Virus record (IMG/VR): IMGVR_UViG_3300028805_000046
Span: 32,001-96,000 of that record
From: a virus
Lineage: Duplodnaviria; Caudoviricetes
Reading direction: 5' to 3' (one strand)
DNA: 64,000 nucleotides
The position numbers and the translations under genes were made by a program. Below, in pieces: positions 48,186 to 56,881 of this stretch; within the stretch, counting starts at the first letter, position 1; every line of letters begins with the position of its first letter. The notes under the pieces were generated by a model that worked only from the letters and a program-made list of their open reading frames with translations, made no database searches and was not told the DNA's origin.

Positions 48186-50107
48186 TTAAGAATTATGACG
48201 CAAATTCAATTAATGTCTTAAGCGGATTAAGCGCTATAAGAAAAAGACCGGATATGTACATTGGCCCGACCTCAGGCAAACTGCCTGACGGCCTTTATCG
48301 TCTTTGTAGAGAAGCAATGGACAACTCAATGGACGAATGGCTTGGCGGGTTTAATAAGCAGCTTTATGTCTTCTATAACACAAAGACATCTGAAACAACA
48401 GTTCTTGATAACGGCCGAGGCATTCCAGTAGGTTGGAATGAAAAGCTTGGTGCTGACGCATTGACTACTTGCGTGACTAAAATTCATGCTGGTGGTAAGT
48501 TTAATCATGATGTCTATAAGACTAGCTCTGGTAAGAATGGCGTTGGTATAACCGCTCTTAATGCATTGTCAAAGAGACTTCAGGTCTGGTCTAACAATGC
48601 GTCTAACAAGAAATGGCACACACAGATTTTTGAAAAGGGTGAAGTAAAGTCCGAAGTTCTTCAACAAGATCCGCCTGTTGAATATAAGAAGCTCATTCCA
48701 GCTACTGGAACTATCGTTACTTGGACTCCTGACCCGACTATCTTTAAGGATTCGACTGAATTGAACGTCGCTCGCTTGAAGCATGAAATTCACGATGCTC
48801 AGTACTTGTGCCCGGGTCTTCATTTTCACATTGTCATTGACGGCGAAGAAACAGAGTACTTCTCTGAAGATGGTCTTGCTGAACTTGTCGCAAAGGATCC
48901 TTGCACTGACCAGATCTTTACATTCTCCGATGACACAACTGATGTCGCTTTGAATTTCACAAAGGGCGATACATCTAGCTTCCGTTCATACGTCAACATC
49001 GTCTATACCAATCTTGGCGGTACTCACCTTGATGGCTTGAAGAAAGCAGTATGCGACGTCATTAAGGAAAATTCAAAACAGAAGATCTTGAATGAAGATA
49101 TTCTTGAAGGCGTTATCGGAGCAATTCATCATAGAATGGCAGAACCTGAATACCAAGGACAGACCAAGAATGAATTGACGAATAAGGAAGTGACTGGCAT
49201 TGTAGTCAATAAGTTAACTCCGAAACTCGAAGAATTCTTTAAGAAGAATAAGGTTCTTTTGAGACGCATCGTTGAGTTCGCTGAAAAGATGCTTGAACAG
49301 CGAAACAAGATGAAGAATGAAAAGGACATGCTTAAGGGATTGAAGGAACTCAATTCTTCTAGCCGTTTCATTTCAGATAAGTTCTTGGACGCTGACCGAA
49401 GAAAATGGAAGAACCCGAAGGATCTTGAATTGTTTATCGTTGAAGGTGATTCCGCAGGTGGTCACTTTAAGCAAGCACGAGAATCTTTCCAGGGCGAGTT
49501 GAAATTGAGAGGTAAGCCAATCAATGCGACTACGAAGAAACCTGAAGACTTGTTTGGCAAGACAGGCAAGGTAACGAAGATCGTTGATAAGAAAGGCAAG
49601 AAGGTTGGCGAAAAGAAGGAAAAGGAAGGCAACAGAGAAATTAAGGATCTTGTTGCTGCACTTGGTTGCGGATTGAATAGCGACTATAATGAAGACAAGC
49701 TTCGTTTTGGAAAGGTCATTATTCTTGCTGACTCCGACGTTGACGGACAGCACATTCAATGCCTTGTCTTGGCATTCTTTGTCAAGTACATGCCTGAACT
49801 TATTAAGAACGGACACGTCTATATCATTGATGCACCGTTGTTTGTCGCAACTGGCGCTAAACAGAAAGTATACGGAATGACCCGTGCAGAAGTGGACAAC
49901 AAGATGAAGAAGCTGAAGTGCAGTGACTACATTGTCTCTAGACTTAAGGGTTGGGGTGAATGTAACGCTAACTTGCTTTCTGAACTTTGTCTTGACCCGA
50001 AATCAAGAAAACTTATTCAAATCAAATGGACATCAGATCTTCCTGACCGTTGTGAACAGTTGATGGGATCTGATTCTGGACCACGTAAAGAACTATTAGG
50101 AGTATAA
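48182..50107 (+). CDS. gyrB: Type IIA topoisomerase B subunit (GyrB/ParE-like)
   Basis: RKRPDMYIG, EAMDNSMDE, DNGRGIP, HAGGKF, EGDSA, LRGK, DSDVDG.HI, RLKGWGE. Confidence 0.95.
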   Translation: MIKNYDANSINVLSGLSAIRKRPDMYIGPTSGKLPDGLYRLCREAMDNSMDEWLGGFNKQLYVFYNTKTSETTVLDNGRGIPVGWNEKLGADALTTCVTKIHAGGKFNHDVYKTSSGKNGVGITALNALSKRLQVWSNNASNKKWHTQIFEKGEVKSEVLQQDPPVEYKKLIPATGTIVTWTPDPTIFKDSTELNVARLKHEIHDAQYLCPGLHFHIVIDGEETEYFSEDGLAELVAKDPCTDQIFTFSDDTTDVALNFTKGDTSSFRSYVNIVYTNLGGTHLDGLKKAVCDVIKENSKQKILNEDILEGVIGAIHHRMAEPEYQGQTKNELTNKEVTGIVVNKLTPKLEEFFKKNKVLLRRIVEFAEKMLEQRNKMKNEKDMLKGLKELNSSSRFISDKFLDADRRKWKNPKDLELFIVEGDSAGGHFKQARESFQGELKLRGKPINATTKKPEDLFGKTGKVTKIVDKKGKKVGEKKEKEGNREIKDLVAALGCGLNSDYNEDKLRFGKVIILADSDVDGQHIQCLVLAFFVKYMPELIKNGHVYIIDAPLFVATGAKQKVYGMTRAEVDNKMKKLKCSDYIVSRLKGWGECNANLLSELCLDPKSRKLIQIKWTSDLPDRCEQLMGSDSGPRKELLGV

Positions 50108-50109
50108 AA

Positions 50110-50319
50110 ATGGGATTCTTTAGAAACTTATACAATGAACTTAAAGACAACTGTGATGATTGTCTTGATACATTGAAAGATAGCTTTGATGACCTCAAAG
50201 ACCTTTGTGAGGATGTAAAAGAGGACATCAAAGATATGAAAGATGATCTCAAAGAATTTTGCGAAGACGCAAAAGAGGACATCGTTTACATCATTAAAGA
50301 TTTTAAGGATGGTTTGTGA
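50110..50319 (+). CDS. Small acidic repeat (amphipathic helix) protein
   Basis: AGGAG RBS; repeated DDLKD/EDLK, CEDxKEDI. Confidence 0.6.
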   Translation: MGFFRNLYNELKDNCDDCLDTLKDSFDDLKDLCEDVKEDIKDMKDDLKEFCEDAKEDIVYIIKDFKDGL

Positions 50320-50771
50320 TGGACATCAGTAGCCAAAATGGCTGGCCTTCTTGTGCTCTCAGCAATTTTGCTGCACATGAGTTCGTCATTGACGGAGTTC
50401 AGTGCGCATCAATGGAAGGATTTCTTCAAAGTCTGAAATTTTCAAATCCAGACATGCAGAAGGAAGTCTGTAAGTTGATTGGCATTAAAGCTAAGAGAGC
50501 AGGCAAAGGCAAAAACTGGCAAAGACGCCAACTGCTTTACTGGCAGGGCGAAGCGATGGAAAGGCGCAGCGTCAAGTATCAGAAACTACTTGACCGTGCT
50601 TATGACGCATTGTACGAAAACCAGAAATTTAAGGCAGCTCTTGCAGCCGCCGGAGACGCAACATTTACACATAGTGTCGGTAAGAGAAAAGAAGGCGAGA
50701 CAGTCTTGACAATTCAAGAATTCTGTTCCCGTCTCAACCGACTTCGTGAAAGATTGAAAAACGAGGCATAA
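50319..50771 (+). CDS. NADAR-family protein (T4 gp30.3-like)
   Basis: ALSNFA.H.F.IDGV.C.SMEGFLQSLKF, LYWQG, HSVGK, TVLT.QEF. Confidence 0.88.
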   Translation: MDISSQNGWPSCALSNFAAHEFVIDGVQCASMEGFLQSLKFSNPDMQKEVCKLIGIKAKRAGKGKNWQRRQLLYWQGEAMERRSVKYQKLLDRAYDALYENQKFKAALAAAGDATFTHSVGKRKEGETVLTIQEFCSRLNRLRERLKNEA

Positions 50772-51242
50772 ATGACACCTGATGAATTTAGGACAGAACT
50801 TCGTAAGCAGAATGTGACACTACCGAAGTTCGTTGAAGATTACATTGACGGACTTGAAAAGAAATCAAACAAGAAAAAGACAGTCTATACTGTTCGTCAC
50901 ATCTATCAGCATGATATGGATGTAGAACATCGCAAGGTCTATTCTGGAACCGATCCAAAGAAGGCTCTTGAAAAATGTTATGAAACACTTCAGTGGGTTC
51001 AGGACACTTGTGAAGGTTATCTTTATCCATTTGAGCATGACTTTGAACAGAAGTTTCCAGGTAAGGAATATGGTGATTTGCATTTCAGCGGTCTTCAGAT
51101 TAAGCAGTTCTTCATTGATTACATCAAGGAGTGCATCAAGAACAAGCAAAGCATAAACTACGACTTGATGTACAACGGCGATTGGGATCCTGAAAGTGAC
51201 GGCGAAGCCGGCGGTTTTGAACTTGACATTACAGAGGTTTAA
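50772..51242 (+). CDS. Hypothetical protein
   Basis: GAGG RBS. Confidence 0.7.
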   Translation: MTPDEFRTELRKQNVTLPKFVEDYIDGLEKKSNKKKTVYTVRHIYQHDMDVEHRKVYSGTDPKKALEKCYETLQWVQDTCEGYLYPFEHDFEQKFPGKEYGDLHFSGLQIKQFFIDYIKECIKNKQSINYDLMYNGDWDPESDGEAGGFELDITEV

Positions 51243-51243
51243 T

Positions 51244-51924
51244 ATGTCACAGAAATACATTATTGATACATCTTTTAACTGGGCTGATGAAATGGACATC
51301 AATCAGTTCACCATTCTTGACGAAGAAGAAAGGCAAGCGCTCATCAAGCTCACTGACGATATGGACGATGATTATGTTTACACCGCTTACGTCGGTTCAA
51401 ATGAAGAAGAGGAATTGACGAAGCGTGATTTTGAAAGCATGCTAAGAACTGCTCGTCCGATTTCTGACCAAGAAGCAGAAACTATCTTACGTTACGCTTC
51501 TCAATGTCAAAGCGAACTCTTTGCGGAAGTCGCTGAATCATTCTATGAATCTCATCCTGAAAAGTCGCCTTACAAGCGTGAAGAAAAGATCATGGCTGTT
51601 CCTGCCTCAAACAACACTAATGAGGAATCACAGTGGGTAGAATTTAATCGGACGCCTTGCATCAAGAACATTGTATGGAAGGAAGGCATGCGCATCAAGC
51701 ACTGCTGGGTCCACGCAGTTCCTTACTTTGACATTGAGAACTCGCTTGCTCTTAGCGATGTATCTAACTATAAGCCGGGTCCACATTGGTACGAATCTTT
51801 CATCTCGACTGTTCACAAAGACAGTGAAGGATTCTACGTCTACCCGAACGATGACGCTACTAGAGAAAAGATTCGTGAGTTTGGAGTTGATGAAACATCA
51901 ATCATTGAGGAGCCTAAGAAATGA
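51244..51924 (+). CDS. Hypothetical protein with an N-terminal NWADEMD domain
   Basis: IDTSFNWADEMDI..VGSNEEEEL. Confidence 0.7.
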   Translation: MSQKYIIDTSFNWADEMDINQFTILDEEERQALIKLTDDMDDDYVYTAYVGSNEEEELTKRDFESMLRTARPISDQEAETILRYASQCQSELFAEVAESFYESHPEKSPYKREEKIMAVPASNNTNEESQWVEFNRTPCIKNIVWKEGMRIKHCWVHAVPYFDIENSLALSDVSNYKPGPHWYESFISTVHKDSEGFYVYPNDDATREKIREFGVDETSIIEEPKK

Positions 51925-52109
51925 AAGTCTCAATAGAATACATACCGCGTGATTGCCTGTCTACACAAAAATATCCCGACGTATCAAAGGAAGTATATGT
52001 TCCTGATGGTATGCGAGATGAGGAAATTGCGGCATTTTATGAAAGCAGACACAAGAACATACATCACGTTGGAATAAATGTTGTAAAAATTGTGCGGCTA
52101 GAGGGTTGA
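51921..52109 (+). CDS. Hypothetical protein
   Basis: GAGGAG RBS, ATGA overlap. Confidence 0.55.
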   Translation: MKVSIEYIPRDCLSTQKYPDVSKEVYVPDGMRDEEIAAFYESRHKNIHHVGINVVKIVRLEG

Positions 52110-52134
52110 CATCAAATGCGCTTTTTGTTATTTT
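52106..52134 (+). promoter_or_regulatory. Sigma70-type promoter giving a leaderless transcript
   Basis: TTGACA-17-TATTTT with a TG extension; ATG 6 nt downstream. Confidence 0.75.
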
Positions 52135-52140
52135 TGTACT

Positions 52141-52539
52141 ATGGATACTGCAAACTTTCTCAAAAATATCATGAAGCGTTATACCGCTTTCATCAAAGAT
52201 GACGTTGAATTTGAAACCGGAGATTTCTGGAGGAAAAGACCTCATCGTGTCTTTATCTTCAAAGCAAAGACTGGATTCCCGGTCCGAGTCTATGAAGCAA
52301 GAACAAAGTTGCTTTTTGACTATTCTGAAATTCTTCAGCAGGAAGTAACTATTGATAACTGCTTTTCTTTTCTTAGCTCAATTCCGCAAAAAGTGCATCA
52401 TGTAGAATTTATCTCAGAAGAAGAAGCAGAAAAGATCATGGAAGGAAACATCAAAGTCATTCTTAAACTGCCATCAATGTTTAGCCGCGTTGCTAGGTTA
52501 AAAGAAATGAAAAAGCAACAAATGAAGTGGAGTATCTAA
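52141..52539 (+). CDS. Hypothetical protein
   Basis: ORF begins at the predicted +1. Confidence 0.65.
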   Translation: MDTANFLKNIMKRYTAFIKDDVEFETGDFWRKRPHRVFIFKAKTGFPVRVYEARTKLLFDYSEILQQEVTIDNCFSFLSSIPQKVHHVEFISEEEAEKIMEGNIKVILKLPSMFSRVARLKEMKKQQMKWSI

Positions 52540-54035
52540 TGGGTATTACAGATTTTTTCGAGTATGATGAAAATGACAAGTCAGGAAACGGAACCAAAGC
52601 GACTGACTTGCTTGCAAAGAATATGTGTGATTATGGTACGGAAGTAATTTCAGACCGTGCTATCGCTGACTTCCGAGACGGATTTAAGCCATCACAAAGA
52701 CGCATTATGAAAGCCGCTGCAGACTTGCATGCTTACTGGAATAACAGAACAGTAAAGTCTGCAAGAATTGTCGGCGACACAATGGGACGCTATCACCCGC
52801 ATGGTGATGTATCTATCTATTCGTCAATGGTGACGATGGCAAATGCAGAATATCCTGCAATTCATGGCGAAGGAAACTTCGGATCTTTGACTGATGGCGC
52901 CGCTGCACCAAGATATACGGAAGCCAAGATTTCTCAGCTTGGCATGAAGATGCTTGAATGCGATGATGTCACAGAAGAGGTTCCGAACTATACAGGTGAA
53001 TTTAAGGAGCCTGTTGTTATCTCGACTCGTTTCCCGTACTTCTTTGTGAATGCATGTGACGGTATTGCGGTAGGCTTGTCTTGCGCTATTCCTGCGCATA
53101 ACTTGAAAGAAGTCGTTGACGCAATGAAAGTTATTGTAAAGAAAGGCGAAAAGGCGACTGTCAAGGACATTATGAAATCAATCAAAGGTCCTGACTATAA
53201 GTACGGTGGAAAGATCTTGTCTGCGCCTGAAGAACTTGTCCCTCTTTACAAGACAGGCATTGGAAAGGTCAAGTATGAATGCGAGTACACAATTAAGCCG
53301 GAAAAGAAGGCGTTTCTTGTGACTATCACAGGATACTGTCCTGGCTTCCAGCCGTCTACTTTCATTGACGATATGATTCAGTTGATGAAGGAAAAGAAAG
53401 ACACTATCTTGTATGTCAATGACTCTTCAACAAAGTCAGAGCCTTGCAAGTTGGAAGTGATGGTCAAGTCAAAGGAAGTCTTTGAAGAATATGTACACAA
53501 GAAGCTCATTTGCAGTGTTGCATATCGTTACTACACAATCAAGAGAACTAAATCAGACGATCCTGAGAAGGACATTGATACAGAAGTCATTTCAGACTCT
53601 CCGTTCAACTTGATGAAGCAATGGATTGAGTGGCGAAAGGGCGAAGAAACGAAAATGTGTACTGTTGAGAAAAATTTGGTCGCTGATAAGAAGCAAAAGG
53701 CTGAATGGCGCTTATTGGCCTCTAAAAACCTCAAAACCATCGTTATAGCCCTTGAAACCGAAGAGCCAGTAAAATATCTGGCTGAAAATTTAGCAGGCTT
53801 AAAAGGCTCTCCACGGGCGTTAGAGGCCGCAGAGTATATCTGTTCAATGAAGGTCATATCTTTGAAGAAAGTTGACCAAGGCGAGACAAAGAAAGTCATA
53901 GTTGACCTTCAGAAACGTCTTGAAGAACTTGAGTATGACATTGCTCATATTGACCTTGTCGTTGTAAGAGAACTTGATAAGTTAAAGCCTTACTTCAGGG
54001 ACAGAAAGTTGAAGATTCAAGAGGACGCTGCATAA
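52539..54035 (+). CDS. gyrA: Type IIA topoisomerase A subunit (GyrA/ParC-like, no C-terminal pinwheel)
   Basis: RDGFKPSQRRI, KSARIVG, YHPHGD, AAAPRYTE (catalytic Tyr), GIAVG..IPAHNL, GPDY. Confidence 0.95.
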   Translation: MGITDFFEYDENDKSGNGTKATDLLAKNMCDYGTEVISDRAIADFRDGFKPSQRRIMKAAADLHAYWNNRTVKSARIVGDTMGRYHPHGDVSIYSSMVTMANAEYPAIHGEGNFGSLTDGAAAPRYTEAKISQLGMKMLECDDVTEEVPNYTGEFKEPVVISTRFPYFFVNACDGIAVGLSCAIPAHNLKEVVDAMKVIVKKGEKATVKDIMKSIKGPDYKYGGKILSAPEELVPLYKTGIGKVKYECEYTIKPEKKAFLVTITGYCPGFQPSTFIDDMIQLMKEKKDTILYVNDSSTKSEPCKLEVMVKSKEVFEEYVHKKLICSVAYRYYTIKRTKSDDPEKDIDTEVISDSPFNLMKQWIEWRKGEETKMCTVEKNLVADKKQKAEWRLLASKNLKTIVIALETEEPVKYLAENLAGLKGSPRALEAAEYICSMKVISLKKVDQGETKKVIVDLQKRLEELEYDIAHIDLVVVRELDKLKPYFRDRKLKIQEDAA

Positions 54036-54048
54036 AAGCGTCCTTTTT
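54022..54048 (+). terminator. Intrinsic terminator
   Basis: AGGACGCT/AGCGTCCT stem plus T run. Confidence 0.75.
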
Positions 54049-54066
54049 CTCGTGTATAAATACTAC

Positions 54067-55380
54067 ATGAGTAATTGGACCCAAAATGGATATGATCCTA
54101 GCGTACATGGCTGGAAGAAAGGCGTAGTAGACGGCGCTCCTTACGGAGGCTGGTCTGCTAACTACTTCTTTGCCGATACGCTTCGTTCTGTTGACATTGC
54201 TTTTGGACTTATGCTTCATGGCATAAGCGTATTTCATACTTCGTCTGAAGGAGAACCAGTCAAGCAGATAGAAGTTCCTATTAAGATTGGTCCTCGAGCA
54301 AAGGCGTTTGATTTTAGAATTGAGAAAGAGACTGGCAAGAAGTACTACATCCCTCTCCCAAACATCACTTACCGCAGAACGGGTATGTCTTGGGACTCTT
54401 CTCGTTCAGTCGGCCGTTATGAACGAAGAACCTTTTACAGTGAGTTCTTTGAACAGCACGGAATTGACTATGTAATGCAAAATAAGTTCTGGTCAGACAT
54501 TCAGCCAATTCCTTACAAGTTGAATTATGAAGTCAACATTAAGGCTGAATACCAAGACGATCTTGACCAGCTTAATGAACAGTTGACAAGACTCTTCGAG
54601 CCAGACTATCATTTGGTAGTTAAAGAATTCTGGTTCGCACCTATTCGTCGTACTTTAAAAGTCACTCTTGACAGTATCTCGTACGACTATCCCGTAGATT
54701 TTGACGAATCCAATAAGCGTGAATTTCATTGTAACATGACTTTCACCGTTGATGCTTGGCTCTATAAGCCGATTAAGCATGGCGCCATCATTGACCAAAT
54801 CATCACTAAGCTTTCAGCTGATGTTGGCGATAAGAAAGAATGCTGGCAGCATGATCTTCGTGGCAACTTCAATGGCTCATTGACTGACCGACATAACTTC
54901 TCTGAAGTATTCGGAACGAAGATTGACTATGCTTACAAGGTAAGACCGGAAAGCACTGTGCCTGTGTTCGTGCCTTCTGCTAATGCTTATGTCGCTAACT
55001 ATCAGTATGATAGACAAGACTACATTACTAACTATCCTCGTGGTTCTAAGCTGCTTGTTGTAACAAGCGCTGTCTATAACGATCCTAATGACACTTATGG
55101 GCAGTTGCAGGATAGAAATGTTAGAAGGAAAGTCGTAAACGACTTGATGAAGAACCATCCGTGGTATTCTGGCTGTAAGTTTGATAGCGAGATTTGCCCG
55201 CTTGCTAAGGGCGAAGAAGGCACTAGCGGATTCAACTTGATGATCTATAAAGACATGGAAGGATTCGGCGAAGCAGGCGGTGATTACGAATTTGGACATA
55301 AAGACGTTGACCTTGGTACAGAAATTGTGAAGGACGCTCCTTTTGCAAGTAAAACTAGCATTGTGGAAGTCAGCAAATAA
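54067..55380 (+). CDS. gp15: Tail terminator / sheath stabilizer (T4 gp15 family)
   Basis: VPIKIGPR.K, LPNI...WDSSR, PIPYKLNYEV, QLNEQL...F.P, FTVDAWLYKP; TATAAATA 54055-54062. Confidence 0.82.
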   Translation: MSNWTQNGYDPSVHGWKKGVVDGAPYGGWSANYFFADTLRSVDIAFGLMLHGISVFHTSSEGEPVKQIEVPIKIGPRAKAFDFRIEKETGKKYYIPLPNITYRRTGMSWDSSRSVGRYERRTFYSEFFEQHGIDYVMQNKFWSDIQPIPYKLNYEVNIKAEYQDDLDQLNEQLTRLFEPDYHLVVKEFWFAPIRRTLKVTLDSISYDYPVDFDESNKREFHCNMTFTVDAWLYKPIKHGAIIDQIITKLSADVGDKKECWQHDLRGNFNGSLTDRHNFSEVFGTKIDYAYKVRPESTVPVFVPSANAYVANYQYDRQDYITNYPRGSKLLVVTSAVYNDPNDTYGQLQDRNVRRKVVNDLMKNHPWYSGCKFDSEICPLAKGEEGTSGFNLMIYKDMEGFGEAGGDYEFGHKDVDLGTEIVKDAPFASKTSIVEVSK

Positions 55381-55405
55381 ATAAAACAAATTCTAGGAGA
55401 TAACA

Positions 55406-55906
55406 ATGAAGAAAAGTGTCAATATTTCTAGAGATAAGCTTGAGAATTTGATAGAAAGTTTTTTCGGTCTTACTGACAAGTACGACATTGATGTCACTTG
55501 TGAGTCACTAACCGAATACATAGCATGTAAGCTTAGAATAGATGAAGAGACCGTAACTAAAGCATTTGGAAAAATACTTGCAGCTGCCGCTTCATTCAAT
55601 GAAAGCGCATACAATAATGCTATTGTAGAAAAGTTTAGTGCTTCTGAAATCCAGCAAGACTTTATGAACTTCTTCCATAAAAAGGAACTTAATGAAGCTA
55701 AGAAGCTTTGTAAAGATGAACTCATGAAAGATGAAGGACTCAAGACTTATCGTCGTACCAATGAATATCGTTCTGCTGACCAAGAAGGCAAATATCGCAT
55801 GATTTGGAAGTACGTCGTTAGCCAGTTCAATAACTGCATTGGCAGTGAAGAAGATCTTGCTGATGTCTGCATGGAAATCGCAATGTACGATGAGAGCCAA
55901 TTTTAA
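55406..55906 (+). CDS. Hypothetical late protein
   Basis: AGGAG RBS; AATAAATA upstream; several LxE sites. Confidence 0.65.
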   Translation: MKKSVNISRDKLENLIESFFGLTDKYDIDVTCESLTEYIACKLRIDEETVTKAFGKILAAAASFNESAYNNAIVEKFSASEIQQDFMNFFHKKELNEAKKLCKDELMKDEGLKTYRRTNEYRSADQEGKYRMIWKYVVSQFNNCIGSEEDLADVCMEIAMYDESQF

Positions 55907-55933
55907 GTATAAATAGAAAAAGGAGATTTTGAA

Positions 55934-56374
55934 ATGGACGTAAAAAATATGATAGCTGGATTCAGTAACTGGTACCATAATCAGTACCTTAAGGAAGACG
56001 GATATGTAGATGAACCGCTTGACCCAGAGGGAGTTGCAGTGCAGCAAGCAAACGCACAGCAACAGGCTGCTCAGGCAAACACACAGTCTGCTGCGCCTCA
56101 GCAAGCTGGTTCATGTTTCAAGAAGTACTTCTCAGGAAATGGTACTATGAAGGCTAACCTTGCTTCTCTTGGCAAGGAACTCGGCGATGCTCTTGTTGCT
56201 TTTGCCCTTAAGGAATATGTTTCGCCTGATATGTTTGATGGCGATGACAACCGTATCAACTATGAAACAGCTATTCGTGATACGATTGCAGAAAATTACA
56301 ACTTGAAGATCATCGAAATTCTTCGCAATGCCGGTATCTTCATTTCAAACACTAAGGAAAAGTACACAAAGTAA
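55934..56374 (+). CDS. Hypothetical late protein (Gln/Ala linker)
   Basis: TATAAATA 55908-55915; AAGGAG RBS. Confidence 0.7.
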   Translation: MDVKNMIAGFSNWYHNQYLKEDGYVDEPLDPEGVAVQQANAQQQAAQANTQSAAPQQAGSCFKKYFSGNGTMKANLASLGKELGDALVAFALKEYVSPDMFDGDDNRINYETAIRDTIAENYNLKIIEILRNAGIFISNTKEKYTK

Positions 56375-56386
56375 TAGGTAGTCAAG

Positions 56387-56797
56387 ATGAAAGAATTGAA
56401 TGAAGCAATAGAAAGATTAAACAAAGCCGGATTCATTGTTGAAGGTTACGGACGCAACGAGTTTAACACTGATGGTACCCGCAAGCAAACCCGCTATGGC
56501 AATGGCGCTGGCGCTGCAGGATATACTTACAAGTCACCTACTAAAGACCGCATGTATATCAAGATCTTGCAGTGCCTTCTTGATGGCGAGAAGACAAAGG
56601 CTCAAGTTCATGTCGAAGTTGGTCTGCCTGACCCAACTGCTAAGGATGAACGCGGACATGTAAGTAACTACTATACATCAGTATGGCAGGAACTACGCCG
56701 TGCTGGACTTGTAGATTTTGAACGTAGAGATGGAAAGACTCTCTGGTTCATCACTGAACGCGGCATGGAACTTGTTGATGAGGCAAACGGAGTGTAA
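56387..56797 (+). CDS. Winged-helix DNA-binding protein with a head-protein-like leader
   Basis: ELNEAIERLNKAGFIVE leader; ILQCLLDGEKT...QELRRAGLV...WFITERG. Confidence 0.6.
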   Translation: MKELNEAIERLNKAGFIVEGYGRNEFNTDGTRKQTRYGNGAGAAGYTYKSPTKDRMYIKILQCLLDGEKTKAQVHVEVGLPDPTAKDERGHVSNYYTSVWQELRRAGLVDFERRDGKTLWFITERGMELVDEANGV

Positions 56798-56824
56798 AGG
56801 CTCCACCTAATCATCTTTTTGATG

Positions 56825-56850
56825 ATGCGGGCAAACTGCCCGCATTTTTT
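56825..56850 (+). terminator. Intrinsic terminator
   Basis: ATGCGGGCA/TGCCCGCAT stem plus T run. Confidence 0.8.
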
Positions 56851-56881
56851 GTCTTGAATAAATAAACTAGAGGAGATTTAC

